47,116 bases of DNA from NCBI GenBank assembly GCA_032718475.1, contig JAUCBJ010000102.1, positions 1 to 47,116 on the forward strand, read 5' to 3'. The notes beneath the pieces are model-generated. The model was not told where the DNA came from and did not search any database. It worked only from the letters and a program-made list of their open reading frames with translations. This document shows positions 45,011 to 47,116 of this stretch, piece after piece; position 1 is the stretch's first letter; every line of letters begins with the position of its first letter. Source of the DNA: Nemertoderma westbladi. Its lineage: Eukaryota; Animalia; Xenacoelomorpha. A program made the translations under genes and the position numbers.

Positions 45011-46160
45011 AGACTGGCCTCGGGTTTTCCTTGCGCGCTAGCCACCTTCTCTTACTTTCAACCACATCTGTTGGCAAGTACATGACATGGGAGTCGAGAG
45101 GCGTTGGCACGGCCAGGGGCTACTCGGGTTTCAGTCCGGTGGCTGAAGAGCCACGGGCGCTGTATGAAATCTTAGGGTACATAAATTATGTTCCCCAAAA
45201 CAATTCAACTAATTGTTGATTTTATTAACCTTGGTCTTATGGTACCTTAAATATTGTACCATAAGAGATGTCCTTACAGCAACATAAAACTTGCTGATTT
45301 AACCTTGGTCTTGCTATGCATCAAGCAATGCATAGCAAGAGATGTCTTACGGGTACAACAATATAAGTATTGTTAGTACCCCCTTTATTTAACAAACTGA
45401 TAAATTATTAATATCATTATTAAAGTCAAAATAAATCAAAATTTATGGGAACGGCAATCAATCTATTTTAATTGTCAACTTGGTTCCCAATGAAAATAAT
45501 AGTGAAACAAATAATCCAAGACCACAGGAATGGATTATAAAATACCCATAACGCAAGTAATCACACGATTACGGGAACGGCCAATCATTTAGATCGTCTA
45601 CAATAAAATTTTAAAATAAAATATCAAACCAACTGTCATTAGATTTAATTTTAAAGACTTAGTTATAGCGCAATAAGCCCAGATCTGAGTGAATGAGCAA
45701 TTCTCTAACTCTACGCTCGTTTACTAAACTGCCACAACTTAAAATTAAATTTAAATAATTTATAAATTTAAAGCTGTGGAAACGCAATTCAAGTTATTAA
45801 TCAATCACATGGAGTGTTCCAATTGATACACCTTTGTGGCACTTTAGTAAACACCAAATAACAGCAACTGATATCACTTTGTTTGTTGTATGTATGTAGC
45901 ACCGTATGATTGACAACATCCCGAACAATCTATCTATGGGTGTTACAGTAGCGGATTTGAGATAACTTCCATACAATTATTTTGGCTAACTCGGATCCAG
46001 TAAACCCTCAAAAAAAAAAAAAAAAAAAATAGACTGCATGGCATTGGGTTTTCCATGCGCGCTAGCCACCTTCTCCTTCTTTCAACCACATCTGTTGGCA
46101 AGTACATGGGAGTCGAGAGGCGTTAGCGCGGCCAAAGGCAACTCGGATTTCTCGTGCGCT
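45011..46160 (+). repeat. Two diverged copies of a ~125-nt GC-rich hairpin element (45011-45136, 46031-46160)
   Basis: Shared gggttttcc.tgcgcgctagccaccttctc..ctttcaaccacatctgttggcaagtacatg..ggagtcgagaggcgtt.gc.cggcca..ggc.actcgg.tttc. Confidence 0.85.
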
Positions 46161-47116
46161 CAAGAGAACTCCAGTTCGAATCGTGCTGAGGATTTCTGTG
46201 CAGCACCGTCAGCTGAAGAACCCACGATATTTATTTAGCTACTCCGGTACTTACTTATTATATCGATATGTGATGATAACAACTTATAGTAACAATTACG
46301 ATCACGGTACTCATTGGCGACAGTTATCAGAAGACTATATATAACAAGAGTATAACAGGAAATTTTGAAAGATTTAGATTCAGTTTATGAGTTCAACCGC
46401 GACACCAATGACCCGATGATGATATTGTTAGATGAGTCATCTGCTCAGTAATGTATACGCTAAATTACTGACATCTATGCAACCCAACTATAACGACCAA
46501 CCCTTCACTTCGTAAGAAATACTGTATGATGTTCTTCCATACCACAACCTTACAACGTTGACATAACCTTTCACATCTTTAACAGATGCTTCCTGGGTAC
46601 ACCCATTTTGGAACGGACGAAGGGCAACGCGTTCAACCAAATCGGATATATTCAGACGTCATCCGAAACCTCGATGTTGACTGCCCTTTCTACGTCACGC
46701 TCCAGTAACGTTATTTTTATGTTTATTTCTGTATGGAACATACTGAATAACTTAACTACAATGACATGTAAAGGAGCCTGGAGTGGATGCGAACTTCTAC
46801 TATTATTAAATCCACTGGGCATTCTAAAGCTGGAGGTATTACACAAACATTTTGATAATATTGTTTGTAACTGTTTAGAAAACATCCCCTTAATTGTTTG
46901 TCCTCACGCATTCGCATTTGCTTCCCAGTCATAATATAACTGAATTTCTACCAACAAAGACCTCGAATAATTACGAACGAAGGTGGCTGAACTTACCTTC
47001 ATACGAATTTACTTACGGCGCCACAGAGCAGACTAATCATGTGGAGGTCATCGTTAAATGGTGTTGCCGCCCAAACGCTCTCTTGGTGTCCCTAAACGTT
47101 CGTGATTTCCATCCAG

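Larger units (their letters stand above)
38034..47116 (+). mobile_element. BEL/Pao element 2, 5'-truncated in gag; 3' LTR not reached
   Basis: gag-PR-RT-RNaseH-IN domain order. Assignment of the 3' non-coding tail to the element is inferred. Confidence 0.75.

Noticed and set aside
46270-47116. env-like or extra ORF downstream of BEL element 2
   Set aside because: The frames translated by hand are interrupted by stops; no signal peptide or fusion-protein pattern seen. A decayed gene cannot be excluded.

Overview
A eukaryotic (probably invertebrate metazoan) window made almost entirely of nested mobile DNA, with no recognisable host gene. Left to right: (1) the 5' part of a BEL/Pao LTR retrotransposon on the minus strand. 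Its gag-protease ORF (3789 to <1, missing from the ORF track) has a ~7.7 kb leader with duplicated, apparently structured modules and a candidate LTR at ~11511-12305. (2) A degraded three-exon gene of unknown family on the minus strand. (3) A truncated Polinton/Maverick (adintovirus-like) fragment with an unknown ORF, a RING protein, a frameshifted packaging ATPase, an adenovirus pX-like protein and an rve integrase with a chromodomain-like tail. (4) A TTAA-flanked DNA-transposon end with a polyG/polyC hairpin. (5) A 5'-truncated RTE LINE. (6) A 19-bp satellite split by a 5.5 kb CACTA/EnSpm-type transposon (CCC...GGG termini, AA TSD) carrying a transposase remnant and a spliced accessory gene. 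(7) A Penelope-like element (RT plus GIY-YIG) with a minimal U3-A8 variant hammerhead ribozyme at 35102-35142. (8) A second, related BEL/Pao element on the plus strand with a 1195-bp tandem duplication of its integrase end and a long 3' tail holding repeated hairpin motifs. All calls come from reading motifs by eye; no database searches were run.
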